DNA from: Gemmatimonadota bacterium
GTDB taxonomy: Bacteria; Latescibacterota; UBA2968; UBA8231
Assembly (NCBI GenBank): GCA_038128265.1
Contig: JAYPJE010000014.1
Location: forward strand, 45,458-82,948
Direction: 5' to 3'
Length of the DNA: 37,491 nucleotides
The position numbers were made by a program, and so were the translations under genes. The notes under the pieces are model-generated. The model saw nothing but the letters and a program-made list of their open reading frames with translations. It was not told the origin of the DNA and made no database searches. Shown here piece after piece: positions 1 to 8,976 of this stretch; position 1 is the stretch's first letter; each line of letters begins with the position of its first letter.

Positions 1-429
1 TACAGCGCCAAGCGCAAGCGCTATCGCTACTGCATCCACCAGGGCAAACGCGCCGTGGGGCGCCGCTACACCTGGACGCATTCCGCTCCCATCGACGTGG
101 AGCGCATGCAAACGGCCTGCTCGAGCCTGCTCGGCACGCACGCTTTTGGCGCCTTTTGTAAGCAGGACCCTCCACCCGACGACCTGCACTGTACCCTCTA
201 CGCAGCCGAGTGGCGCCGCGAGGGACGCGCACTGACCTTTGAGATCGAAGGCAACCGCTTTTTGCGCCACATGGTGCGCATCCTCGTCGGCACCATGGTG
301 GAAATCGGTCTGGGCAAGCGCCCCCCAGAAGATCTTGCCCATCTCCTGCAAGACGGTCGCCGCGAAGCGGCCGGACGCACGGCACCTGCCTGCGGTTTAC
401 ACCTGCTTTGGGTGCGCTACGACAGCTGA
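1..429 (+). CDS. truA: tRNA pseudouridine(38-40) synthase TruA, 5'-truncated by the window edge
   Basis: Frame open from base 1 (YSAKRKRYRY...). C-terminal TruA motifs GTHAFGAF, FEIEGNRFLRHMVRILVGT and TAPACGLHL. Confidence 0.93.
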   Translation, partial: YSAKRKRYRYCIHQGKRAVGRRYTWTHSAPIDVERMQTACSSLLGTHAFGAFCKQDPPPDDLHCTLYAAEWRREGRALTFEIEGNRFLRHMVRILVGTMVEIGLGKRPPEDLAHLLQDGRREAAGRTAPACGLHLLWVRYDS

Positions 430-437
430 AGTTTACT

Positions 438-466
438 TTGCATATATACGTGTTATTACTTATTGT
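438..466 (+). promoter_or_regulatory. Putative sigma70-type promoter for the htrA-pssA-tatA-gatA-porV run
   Basis: TTGCAT-N17-TATTGT in an AT-rich gap after the truA stop. Confidence 0.5.
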
Positions 467-512
467 TATGCACTAACTGACACCCGGGAGATCGGCCCTG
501 CAAGCGCTCTTA

Positions 513-1613
513 TTGGCGGCCCTTTCATCATGTCTTTTACACGGCGTAGCACGGTGCGATGAAATCGCGCAGTCGCGCCGCACGGCCGTCGTCAGCGCCG
601 TGGAGAAGGTGCAGCCGGCCGTCGTCAGCGTGCACGTGACAACGCGCGTCCGTTCGCTGCGCCCCTACCGGCTGCGGGATCCATTCTGGGACTTTTTTTC
701 GCCGTTTTACTACGTCGTGCCCGAGCACAGCGAGCGCCCTTCTACCGGTTCCGGCTTCGTCGTCAATTCCGAAGGGTATATCCTCACCAACGATCACGTC
801 ATCGGCGGAGAGACCCAGAACGAGCGCCGCATTACCGTATCTCTTCCCGAGCCGGACGGACGCACGCTGGAGGCGCGCTACATCGCTTCCGACATCGGCT
901 CCGACTTAGCCGTACTGAAGGTCGACGCCGACGATCTGCCGGTTGCGTCCCTAGGTGATTCGGACGATATTTTGGTTGGTGAGTGGGCCATTGCCATAGG
1001 CAATCCCTTTGACTTGGGCCCCACTGTGAGCATCGGCGTCGTCAGCGCACTCGACCGCGACTTTCCGCAGCCGCAGGGCGAGCACTACTACCGGGATATG
1101 ATCCAGACAGATGCGGCGATCAACCCCGGTAACAGCGGTGGACCGCTGGTCAATGCTGATGGCCAAGTAATTGGTATTAATAGCTTTATATATACTGGAG
1201 GCGATTATAGTATCGGGTCGATTGGCATTGGTTTTGCCATACCGATCGGCACGGCGCGCACCTTCCTGGACGAAGTGCAGAAACACGGCCAGGTTCGCCG
1301 CGCATGGAGCGGTATTATCGCCCTCAAGAACATCACACAGCGCCTGGCTTCGTACCTTTCGCTGCAGTCCACCGAAGGGGCGCTGGTGGTTAAGATCGCC
1401 GTCGATAGTCCCGCCGACCGCGCTGGGCTGGAAAGCGGCGATGTGATCGTCGCCATCAACGGCGAGAAGATGCGCAGCGGCGAAGACGCCCTCGGCGTAT
1501 TGAGGGGACTGCGCGTCGACGAAGAGTGCTCGCTGAGCGTTATGCGCTACGGCGAGAGTCTATCGCTTACCATGCGCCTGGAAGAATGGCCGCGCTACCG
1601 ACAGCGCTGGTAG
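513..1613 (+). CDS. HtrA/DegQ-family trypsin-like serine protease with one PDZ domain; start uncertain (in-frame CTG at 477 possible)
   Basis: STGSGFVV, catalytic His (TNDHV), Asp (SDLAVLK), Ser (TDAAINPGNSGGPL); PDZ with SPADRAGLESGDVIVAING; hydrophobic N-terminus. Confidence 0.92.
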   Translation: MAALSSCLLHGVARCDEIAQSRRTAVVSAVEKVQPAVVSVHVTTRVRSLRPYRLRDPFWDFFSPFYYVVPEHSERPSTGSGFVVNSEGYILTNDHVIGGETQNERRITVSLPEPDGRTLEARYIASDIGSDLAVLKVDADDLPVASLGDSDDILVGEWAIAIGNPFDLGPTVSIGVVSALDRDFPQPQGEHYYRDMIQTDAAINPGNSGGPLVNADGQVIGINSFIYTGGDYSIGSIGIGFAIPIGTARTFLDEVQKHGQVRRAWSGIIALKNITQRLASYLSLQSTEGALVVKIAVDSPADRAGLESGDVIVAINGEKMRSGEDALGVLRGLRVDEECSLSVMRYGESLSLTMRLEEWPRYRQRW

Positions 1614-1639
1614 TGGCAACACACTAAATGGAGTAACCC

Positions 1640-2338
1640 ATGCGAGTGATCATACCGCAGCTGTTCACGGCGTCCAACCTGCTCTGCGGTTTTCTGGCCC
1701 TGCACTACGCGTTCCAAGGCAGCTATATACCGGCGGCTTGGCTCGTCTTCTTAGGGGCCGTGATCGATAAGATGGATGGGAAAATCGCCCGTGCGATGGG
1801 TAAGGATTCCATCTTTGGCATCCAGTTCGACTCAATTGTCGACGTCTGCACCTTCGGTTTTGTGCCCGCCGTCATCATATACCAGGGATACCTCAATTCG
1901 GGCTGGGGATTGGCCCTGGCCTTCGCCTATTTGCTCTGCGGTGCGGTGCGACTGGCGCGCTTTAACACCATCAGCCTCAGCGGCGAAAAAGACGAGGATT
2001 ACTACCTGGGCCTACCCATTCCGACAGCGGCTATCTGCCTGACGCAGTACGCCGTTTTTGAGGAAGCCTGGCCGACGGCCTACTCCACACCCGCCGCCGC
2101 GCTGCTAGTGCTCTTCCTCGCCTTTCTCATGGTCAGTCGCTTTGACTACGACACCGTGCCCAACTTCCGCGGCACCTCTTTTGCCGATCGCTTTAAGCAG
2201 CTGTTCTTCGGTGTCTCCATCGCGCTAATCATCTACAAGAGCGAGTATTTCTTCCCGATGACGATCATCTACATTTTCTCCGGCATATACCGCTGGGTCA
2301 TCGGCCTATTTAGCGACGAAGTAACCCAACACGCCTAG
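1640..2338 (+). CDS. pssA: CDP-diacylglycerol--serine O-phosphatidyltransferase (CDP-alcohol phosphatidyltransferase family)
   Basis: CDP-alcohol motif DKMDGKIARAMG...FGIQFDSIVD, plus RLARFN and YYLGLPIPTAA; GGAG RBS upstream. Confidence 0.88.
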   Translation: MRVIIPQLFTASNLLCGFLALHYAFQGSYIPAAWLVFLGAVIDKMDGKIARAMGKDSIFGIQFDSIVDVCTFGFVPAVIIYQGYLNSGWGLALAFAYLLCGAVRLARFNTISLSGEKDEDYYLGLPIPTAAICLTQYAVFEEAWPTAYSTPAAALLVLFLAFLMVSRFDYDTVPNFRGTSFADRFKQLFFGVSIALIIYKSEYFFPMTIIYIFSGIYRWVIGLFSDEVTQHA

Positions 2339-2344
2339 GCACGT

Positions 2345-2626
2345 ATGTTGCGCGACAAACCCGCCAGTCACCTGGTGCTCATACTCTTCACGGGCATGCT
2401 CGGCGCCAACATTCTCGGCGAGGTGCTGCGCGTGATACTCGCCTTTATCGCCGGATCGGACACCATTGTCGAGCGCGCGCTTTTGCAGTACGTGACCTAT
2501 GCCATCGGTCCGCATATGTTCAACCTGATTATTCTGTCATTCTCTTTTGAACTGTCTCTGCGCTTTAATGCAATTACCCTATTGGGCATATTCGTTGGTT
2601 GGTACTACTTTAAGTATAGCTACTAA
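2345..2626 (+). CDS. Small membrane protein, DUF4321-like
   Basis: 93 aa with hydrophobic segments; pattern G-x-LG-x-ILGE...FNLIILSFSFELSLRFN...LLG resembles DUF4321. Confidence 0.6.
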   Translation: MLRDKPASHLVLILFTGMLGANILGEVLRVILAFIAGSDTIVERALLQYVTYAIGPHMFNLIILSFSFELSLRFNAITLLGIFVGWYYFKYSY

Positions 2627-2648
2627 GTCGTCCTGAGGAGGAAACGCC

Positions 2649-2939
2649 ATGTTTGGCATGGGCCACTGGGAAATACTCATTATCTTGGTCATTATCTTGC
2701 TCGTCTTTGGCGCCAAGCGCATTCCCGAGATGGCGCAGGGATTGGGCAAGGGCATTCGCGAGTTTCGCACGGCGATGCGCGACGTCCAAGACGAAATGGA
2801 TATCAACGCGCCAAAGCCCGATGCGCAGGGCAGCAAGATCGAGACGTCGGCACCGACCGACTCCGTCGCACAAAATGCGCCCAATCACGGTGCTGACGGG
2901 GAAAACAGCGCCGAGCAGCGCGCCGAAAAACAGGCCTGA
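2649..2939 (+). CDS. tatA: Twin-arginine translocase subunit TatA/E
   Basis: MFGMGHWEILIILVIILLVFGAKRIPEMAQGLGKGIREFR; GAGGAGGA RBS. Confidence 0.95.
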   Translation: MFGMGHWEILIILVIILLVFGAKRIPEMAQGLGKGIREFRTAMRDVQDEMDINAPKPDAQGSKIETSAPTDSVAQNAPNHGADGENSAEQRAEKQA

Positions 2940-2948
2940 TCCGCATAG

Positions 2949-4394
2949 ATGGCGCTAAACAGAGAAACGGCACACGAACTATCTAAGCGCCTGCAAGCGG
3001 GCGACATTACATCGCGCGAAATTACGCAGGCCACACTCGATCACATCGCCGCCGTCGACGGTGAAATCAATGCGTTTATCAGCGTCGATGCCGATGGAGC
3101 ACTGGCTCAGGCCGACGCGGTCGATCGCCAGCGCGAAGCCGGCGATGCGCTCGGCCCACTGGCCGGCATTCCAATTGCCCTTAAAGACGTGCTCTGCGTG
3201 CGCGGCGGCCGCACGACCTGCGGTTCTCGCATTCTCGAAAACTACATCGCCCCGTACGACGCCACCGCTGTAGCCCGTTTGCGCGAAGCCGGATTGGTCT
3301 TTCTAGGCAAGACCAATATGGACGAATTCGCCATGGGCTCCTCCAACGAAAATTCACACTTTGGTCCGGTGCGCAACCCGCGCGATACCGCGCGCGTGCC
3401 GGGTGGATCTAGCGGCGGTTCCGCGGCGGCCGTAGCGGCCGACGAGACGATTCTTGCCCTCGGTTCCGACACCGGAGGATCGGTGCGTCAACCGGCCGGC
3501 TACTGTGGCATCGTCGGGCTCAAACCGACCTACGGACGCATCTCGCGCTACGGCTTAGTCGCCTATGCCTCTTCGCTGGATCAAATTGGCCCCATGGGCA
3601 AGGACGTGCGCGACACCGCGCTGCTTCTGGGCGCCGTCGCCGGGCACGACCCGCGCGACTCGACCTCTATTGACGCCCCCGTTCCAGACTATAGCGCCCT
3701 GCTTGACGGCGACGTGCGCGGAATGAAAATCGGGCTGGCCAATGAGTTTTTTCCCGCGCAGCTCGACGCGCAAATCGGCGATGCCGTGCGCGCCGCGGCG
3801 CGCGCCCTGCAGGAAGCCGGTGCCGAATTGGTCGATGTGAGCCTGCCCGTTGCCGGCCACCCGGAATATTGCATAGGCACCTACTACCTGATCGCCATGG
3901 CCGAAGCCTCGGCCAACCTCTCGCGCTACGACGGCGTCAAATTTGGCCATCGCGCAGATGAGAGCAGAGATCTATTGGAAATGTATCTGCAGACGCGCAG
4001 CGAGGGGTTTGGCGCCGAAGTGAAACGACGCATTATGCTCGGGACCTACGCGCTGAGCACGGGGTACTACGACGCCTACTATTTAAAAGCGCAAAAAGTG
4101 CGCACGCTGATTCGCCGCGACTTTGACGAGGCCTTTGCCCGCTGCGACGTGCTGCTGTCGCCGGTTGCGCCCACAACGGCTTTTGCGCTGGGCGAACAGC
4201 TAGAGGACCCGCTGCAGATGTATCTAAACGACATATACACGGCCTCGGTCAACTTGGCGGGCATTCCGGGAATTTCCGTGCCGTTTGCCACGGCAACCGA
4301 CGGCCTCCCCATCGGCGCACAGCTGCTGGCACCCGTGCTGGGGGAGGACGTGCTGCTGCGCGCAGCCTACGCGCTGGAACGCGCCGCCGCTTGA
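2949..4394 (+). CDS. gatA: Asp-tRNA(Asn)/Glu-tRNA(Gln) amidotransferase subunit A
   Basis: Amidase signature [37 protein letters not shown]; GatA-specific [36 protein letters not shown]. Confidence 0.96.
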   Translation: MALNRETAHELSKRLQAGDITSREITQATLDHIAAVDGEINAFISVDADGALAQADAVDRQREAGDALGPLAGIPIALKDVLCVRGGRTTCGSRILENYIAPYDATAVARLREAGLVFLGKTNMDEFAMGSSNENSHFGPVRNPRDTARVPGGSSGGSAAAVAADETILALGSDTGGSVRQPAGYCGIVGLKPTYGRISRYGLVAYASSLDQIGPMGKDVRDTALLLGAVAGHDPRDSTSIDAPVPDYSALLDGDVRGMKIGLANEFFPAQLDAQIGDAVRAAARALQEAGAELVDVSLPVAGHPEYCIGTYYLIAMAEASANLSRYDGVKFGHRADESRDLLEMYLQTRSEGFGAEVKRRIMLGTYALSTGYYDAYYLKAQKVRTLIRRDFDEAFARCDVLLSPVAPTTAFALGEQLEDPLQMYLNDIYTASVNLAGIPGISVPFATATDGLPIGAQLLAPVLGEDVLLRAAYALERAAA

Positions 4395-4428
4395 TCGAGT
4401 CTACCTGAGAAACTGGAGATCTGCTCTT

Positions 4429-5355
4429 ATGCGTCTACTGACCGCGCTCTTGGCCCTGCTGCTCTGTGCAACTCTACCGGCCGAGGCCATTAACGCCAAC
4501 GCCGGCACCACGGGATACAACTTTCTGAAAATCGGCGTGGGCGCGCGCGCCGCCGCGCTCGGCGGAGCCTACGCAACGGTCACAGGCGATGCCGAAGCCG
4601 CGGCGTGGAATCCGGCCGGGCTATTTGGCATTACCCAGCGCACGGCTGCCGTCTCGCTCAACAGCTACCTAGTCGATTCACAGGCCGGCTTTATCAGCGT
4701 AGCCATGCCATCTGACAAGCGCGTATGGGCGATCAGCGCCAACTATGTCACGTATGGGAATATGCAGCGCACGGACGAGGAAGGACGCGACTTGGGTTCG
4801 TTTTCCGCAGCCGACATGGCCGCGTATCTATCCGTCGCCCAGCCCGTGTGGAAAGACTGGCTGACGCTGGGAGCCAACCTCAAAGCGATTTATTCCAACA
4901 TCGACGAATTCTCTTCCGATGCCTACGCCTTTGATCTCGGCCTGCTGGCCCGCGGTCCTCTGCAGGGCATGCACATCGGCGCTTCGTTGAGCAATCTCGG
5001 CTTTGTGCGCAGCGCCTACGCGGGCGACTTCAAAGATTCGCTGCCTGTGCACATGCGCTTTGGCCTGTCGCACCAGCCGGCGCACATGCCGGTGCCCATG
5101 CTGCTGTTGGCCGATTTCAACGTGCCCAACGACGGCGACCCCTATCTGGCACTGGGCCTCGAAGTCCAGCCTCTTAACGGCCTGTATCTGCGCCCCGGCT
5201 ATAGCATGCAGCCAGTAGGCTCAGCGGGCGAAGAAGCCATGGGGCTGACGGCGGGGGCGGGCCTTGCCGCCAAGCGCTATCGGCTCGACTACGCCTTTTC
5301 TTCCTATGTCGATTTGGGCGATGTGCACCGCGTATCGCTGATCGGCGCGTTCTAA
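4429..5355 (+). CDS. PorV/PorQ-family outer-membrane beta-barrel protein
   Basis: ATG 4429 with GGAG RBS; signal peptide; FLKIGVGARAAALGGAY...WNPAGL motif; amphipathic strands; ends HRVSLIGAF (terminal Phe). Confidence 0.82.
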   Translation: MRLLTALLALLLCATLPAEAINANAGTTGYNFLKIGVGARAAALGGAYATVTGDAEAAAWNPAGLFGITQRTAAVSLNSYLVDSQAGFISVAMPSDKRVWAISANYVTYGNMQRTDEEGRDLGSFSAADMAAYLSVAQPVWKDWLTLGANLKAIYSNIDEFSSDAYAFDLGLLARGPLQGMHIGASLSNLGFVRSAYAGDFKDSLPVHMRFGLSHQPAHMPVPMLLLADFNVPNDGDPYLALGLEVQPLNGLYLRPGYSMQPVGSAGEEAMGLTAGAGLAAKRYRLDYAFSSYVDLGDVHRVSLIGAF

Positions 5356-5375
5356 ATAAGCGCCGCCCAGGAGCG

Positions 5376-8300
5376 CTAGCGCAGCAGGAGCAGCGCGCGG
5401 CTCCGCGTGCTCTCCTGCGCATGCAGCCGATAGTAGTAGACACCGCTAGCCATATGCATTCCTCCGTCGTCGCGCCCATCCCATTTAAGCTCGTAGCGCC
5501 CCGCCGATATTTCTTGGGCCAATAGGCTCCGCACGCGCTGTCCAAGGGCGTTGTAAACGACCAGTTGCACAGGGCCGCGTTTGGCTACTTCAAAACCGAT
5601 GCGCGTCTCGGCGTTAAACGGGTTGGGGTAGTTGGCTAGCAGTTGCATGGTCTGCGGTAGAGATTCTTCCCGATCGCGCACCGACGTTGCGCGCTGGCCC
5701 TCGACCACCTCAATGCGCCGATTAATGGGCAGATCGACCAGGCGCTGCACGCGGCCACTCGGCCAGTGGAGCACGAGTGAATCGACGCGCGTATCACCGC
5801 CCAACCCAAAACTGACGACGCGGCTACTGTGCCCCATGCCCGCCGTGCCGTTAACCTGCCTATGCAGCGCGCGCCCGTTGGCATACAGCGATAGGCGGGT
5901 GCCCACTGCATCTCGATTGCTCTGCACGCCGCGCGCGCGCACCTGCAGCCAGTGGGCCCCACTGCCGTCGTTGCGATACAGGCGGTTGGGACGGCGCTCG
6001 TTAACCACGTAGGGGTCCAGGTCGCCGTCCCCATCGTAATCGCTCAGCAAGACGGCGCGCGCGCGCACCGTATCGGCCATACCCAATGCCATCGCCACAT
6101 CGATAAACGTGCCATCACCGCGATTCATATAGACGCGATCGGCATCGTGTCCGTTGACGACAAAGAGATCGAGATCGCCGTCGTTGTCGTAATCGCCGAA
6201 CGCGCAGCCCGTGCCCGGACCCTGATTTTCAACCCCGCTCTGGCTGGCTACGTCGACAAACGTCCTCGTCGACAGATCGTTGCGCCACAGACCGCTGCGC
6301 CAGCTCTGGTTGGCGACGAAAAGGTCGAGATCGCCATCGCCATCGTAATCGCCCATCGCCAAGCCCACGGCGTCGCCCTCGTCACCGACCTCCGCTGTGG
6401 CGTACGACGAATCGCCCACTTCGGCATAAAACGCATCGTAGATCCCATACATGCTGGCGTAGAGATCCATATCGCCGTCCATATCAAAGTCGGCAAAGGC
6501 AGCAGCTGACCCGGTAAAGCGCTGGTAGCTGACAATGCGCCGAGATCTGCTCTCGTCGATAAAGACATCTCCACCGTTTCGATAGAGCCTATTCGATTGG
6601 CCGCGAAACATAGATACATACAGGTCGAGCGCGCCGTCTCCATCGTAGTCGCCCACTGCCGCAGCATAGCTGGCCTGCACCGCATCCAGGCCAGCCTCTT
6701 GGCTCCGATCGACAAAGGTTCCATCCCCGCTGTTGTAGAGCAGGCGATCGGCTTCTCCCGGCGGCAGAAAACCGCCCTTAGCCATAAAGATATCCTGATG
6801 CCCGTCGCCGTTGAAGTCGGCAAAGACAACCCCTGTGCCGTTGCCCGAATCCGCCGTGCCATTCTCGCGTGTAACGTCGGTAAAGCGATCGCCGTCGTTG
6901 CGGTAGTACACGTTCTCACCCGCACCGAATGAACCGCCGTTGGAGATGTAGAGATCGACGTCGCCATCGCCGTCGCCATCGGCCATGGCCGCCGCCCAGC
7001 CGGCACCCTCCGGATCGGTTACACCCATATCAGCAGCGACATCGACAAAGGGATGCCAGTATAGACTACGCTGCCAGCGGTCGTTTTGGGGCACTTCATC
7101 ATCGCCTTCAAGGGAGAATTCTATCCGATACTGGCCGCTGCGCTGCGGGGAAAAAGGCGGTAGTTCAACCCGCGCACGCTGGCCGCTATCCAGTCCGAGA
7201 ACGCGCACGCGCTCATCGTACAGAACTCGTCCATCGGCCGAAATGTATCCGCGCAGCACGACCCCCTGCGCGCGCTGCGCGCCAAGGTTGGCCACATCGA
7301 CTTCCGGTCGCAGCGTGTCCCACCGCTGGGCACCCGTCGGCGCATGCACGGCAGCAATGGCCACATCGCGCTCGGCAACGGGCCTGACCAACGGCACGAC
7401 CTGATCCACGGCCACGGCGTCAAGAACCTGACGCTGGCCGCTGGGCCAGTCGATTTCTACGTCGACCGCAGCGTCCGTGCGCAGACCAAAATGAGCACCC
7501 GCTGCAGCGCTACCCAACTGCGTATCGACGCGCTGCTGGCGCACTTGTCGGCTATCGTCTTGCCGCACCTGCACGCGCGCTCCTTCGCTGCCCGGCGGCC
7601 ACTCAAAGGCCAACCAGTGCCCCGCGCTGCGCTCGTTGCGCAACAGCGCGTCGGCACCGCGCATGCCGCAGAGAAATACGTCGACGTCGCCGTCCAAATC
7701 GTAGTCGGCGACAGCCACGCCAGCCGTAAACGAGTCGGCGCGCAGCGGCAGCGGCACCGCCGTTGACGAAACATCGTCAAAATGACCGTCCCCTCCATTG
7801 GCATAGATCTCGACCTTGCCCAAATTGGAGACGAGAATGTCGATATCGCCATCCAAGTCGAAATCGGCTGCCACGCCGCCTGCGCTGCTGCTGCGCCCCT
7901 CGGCCGCGCTGAGATGTCGCTCAAAGCGTCCGTCGCCCACGTTTTCCCACAGCGCATTTTCTCGCTCGTTGGCGTGCAGCACGTAGAGGTCAAAGTCGCC
8001 ATCGCCGTCGTAATCGGCCGGCAGGCCCGCTACGCTAAAATCGCTTCCACCCAGCCCGGCCGACTCGGCGACCTGCGTGAACGCACCGCGCCCGTCGTTG
8101 CGGTGCAGTAAATCGGCAAAGCCAAAGTTTGCGACGTATAGGTCCTGATCACCATCGCCATCGTAGTCAAAGGCTACGGCAGCAAAAGTCTCACGGCCCG
8201 AGCGCAGGCCGCTTTGCTCGTGCGTGCGCTCGACAAATCCGCTGGTCGAAAAGGAAGGAAAATACTGGTTGGCACTTACGTAGCGATGGGTGGAGTAAAG

Positions 8301-8762
8301 GTCGAGCTGCCCGTCGCCATCAAAATCGGCAAAGACCGCCGACGTTGCGCCGGGATGGCCTGCAGCCAACTCATCTTCTGGCAACAAAACCAGTGCACCG
8401 CGCTCGTTGCGCAGCAGGGCATTGGACTCGTTAAAGCGCACGGCGTAGAGATCGCGATCGCCGTCGCCGTCGTAGTCGACAAATACGCCCCCCATCGAGC
8501 GACCGACGCCTTCGACTAGGGCGCTCTCGTCGGCAAAAGTGCCGTTGCCGGCATTGGCATAGAGCAGCGAACTCGCACCCACTTCCAGACGAGCGACAAA
8601 GAGATCAGGCCATCCGTCTTCGTTATAATCGCCAAAAACCGCGCCGTTGGCCGCGCCGCCGTCGGCAACCCCGGCCTGCAGCGCGCGCTCGGTAAAGGCG
8701 ATCTGCGCTTCTGCAGAGACAGCACACGAGAGGACAGCGAACAACGCGACAATAGGGGGCAT
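5376..8762 (-). CDS. Secreted FG-GAP/VCBS-repeat protein: two CRTAC1-like propeller+ASPIC/UnbV modules, CARDB-like linker, C-terminal T9SS-type/FlgD-Ig domain
   Basis: Likely ATG 8762 (MPPIVALFAVLSCAVSAEA signal); many D[YF]DGDGD.D repeats; two FGL...WPSG UnbV segments; NYPNPFN...WDGRDDGG...SGVYYYRL tail. Confidence 0.88.
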   Translation of the reverse strand: MPPIVALFAVLSCAVSAEAQIAFTERALQAGVADGGAANGAVFGDYNEDGWPDLFVARLEVGASSLLYANAGNGTFADESALVEGVGRSMGGVFVDYDGDGDRDLYAVRFNESNALLRNERGALVLLPEDELAAGHPGATSAVFADFDGDGQLDLYSTHRYVSANQYFPSFSTSGFVERTHEQSGLRSGRETFAAVAFDYDGDGDQDLYVANFGFADLLHRNDGRGAFTQVAESAGLGGSDFSVAGLPADYDGDGDFDLYVLHANERENALWENVGDGRFERHLSAAEGRSSSAGGVAADFDLDGDIDILVSNLGKVEIYANGGDGHFDDVSSTAVPLPLRADSFTAGVAVADYDLDGDVDVFLCGMRGADALLRNERSAGHWLAFEWPPGSEGARVQVRQDDSRQVRQQRVDTQLGSAAAGAHFGLRTDAAVDVEIDWPSGQRQVLDAVAVDQVVPLVRPVAERDVAIAAVHAPTGAQRWDTLRPEVDVANLGAQRAQGVVLRGYISADGRVLYDERVRVLGLDSGQRARVELPPFSPQRSGQYRIEFSLEGDDEVPQNDRWQRSLYWHPFVDVAADMGVTDPEGAGWAAAMADGDGDGDVDLYISNGGSFGAGENVYYRNDGDRFTDVTRENGTADSGNGTGVVFADFNGDGHQDIFMAKGGFLPPGEADRLLYNSGDGTFVDRSQEAGLDAVQASYAAAVGDYDGDGALDLYVSMFRGQSNRLYRNGGDVFIDESRSRRIVSYQRFTGSAAAFADFDMDGDMDLYASMYGIYDAFYAEVGDSSYATAEVGDEGDAVGLAMGDYDGDGDLDLFVANQSWRSGLWRNDLSTRTFVDVASQSGVENQGPGTGCAFGDYDNDGDLDLFVVNGHDADRVYMNRGDGTFIDVAMALGMADTVRARAVLLSDYDGDGDLDPYVVNERRPNRLYRNDGSGAHWLQVRARGVQSNRDAVGTRLSLYANGRALHRQVNGTAGMGHSSRVVSFGLGGDTRVDSLVLHWPSGRVQRLVDLPINRRIEVVEGQRATSVRDREESLPQTMQLLANYPNPFNAETRIGFEVAKRGPVQLVVYNALGQRVRSLLAQEISAGRYELKWDGRDDGGMHMASGVYYYRLHAQESTRSRALLLLR

Positions 8763-8800
8763 GAGGGTATCTCGCAGGCGGGTTGAAGAGGTGTAGGGCG

Positions 8801-8828
8801 AATATACTCGCAGCACATTGATGTGCAA
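8801..8828 (-). promoter_or_regulatory. Putative sigma70-type promoter of the FG-GAP gene, overlapped by a 14-bp inverted repeat
   Basis: Minus strand TTGCAC-N16-TATATT about 40 nt upstream of ATG 8762; GCACAT-TG-ATGTGC at 8813-8826. Confidence 0.55.
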
Positions 8829-8976
8829 TCGGCGTGTAAGACGCGTGACGGCTCTGCGGTGTCCAGGAAACGTCCCCGTTCGCGCTAACCGCACTTGCGC
8901 GACGCACAAATCATTGTTTAAGCGCAACTAACGCGGCAGGCAGCCCAGTGGAATGCCTTTTGCCACAGCGCGCACT

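Noticed and set aside
4285..4428. N-terminal extensions given by the ORF track (also for the FG-GAP, DUF151, radC, manA, rsmE and 20137 genes)
   Set aside because: Extensions overlap neighbouring genes or promoter motifs; downstream starts have an RBS and/or begin a signal peptide or the conserved domain.
5632..8907. Many 70-250 aa alternative-frame ORFs inside the FG-GAP gene
   Set aside because: Arg/Ala/Pro-rich frame shadows of a repetitive GC-rich gene.
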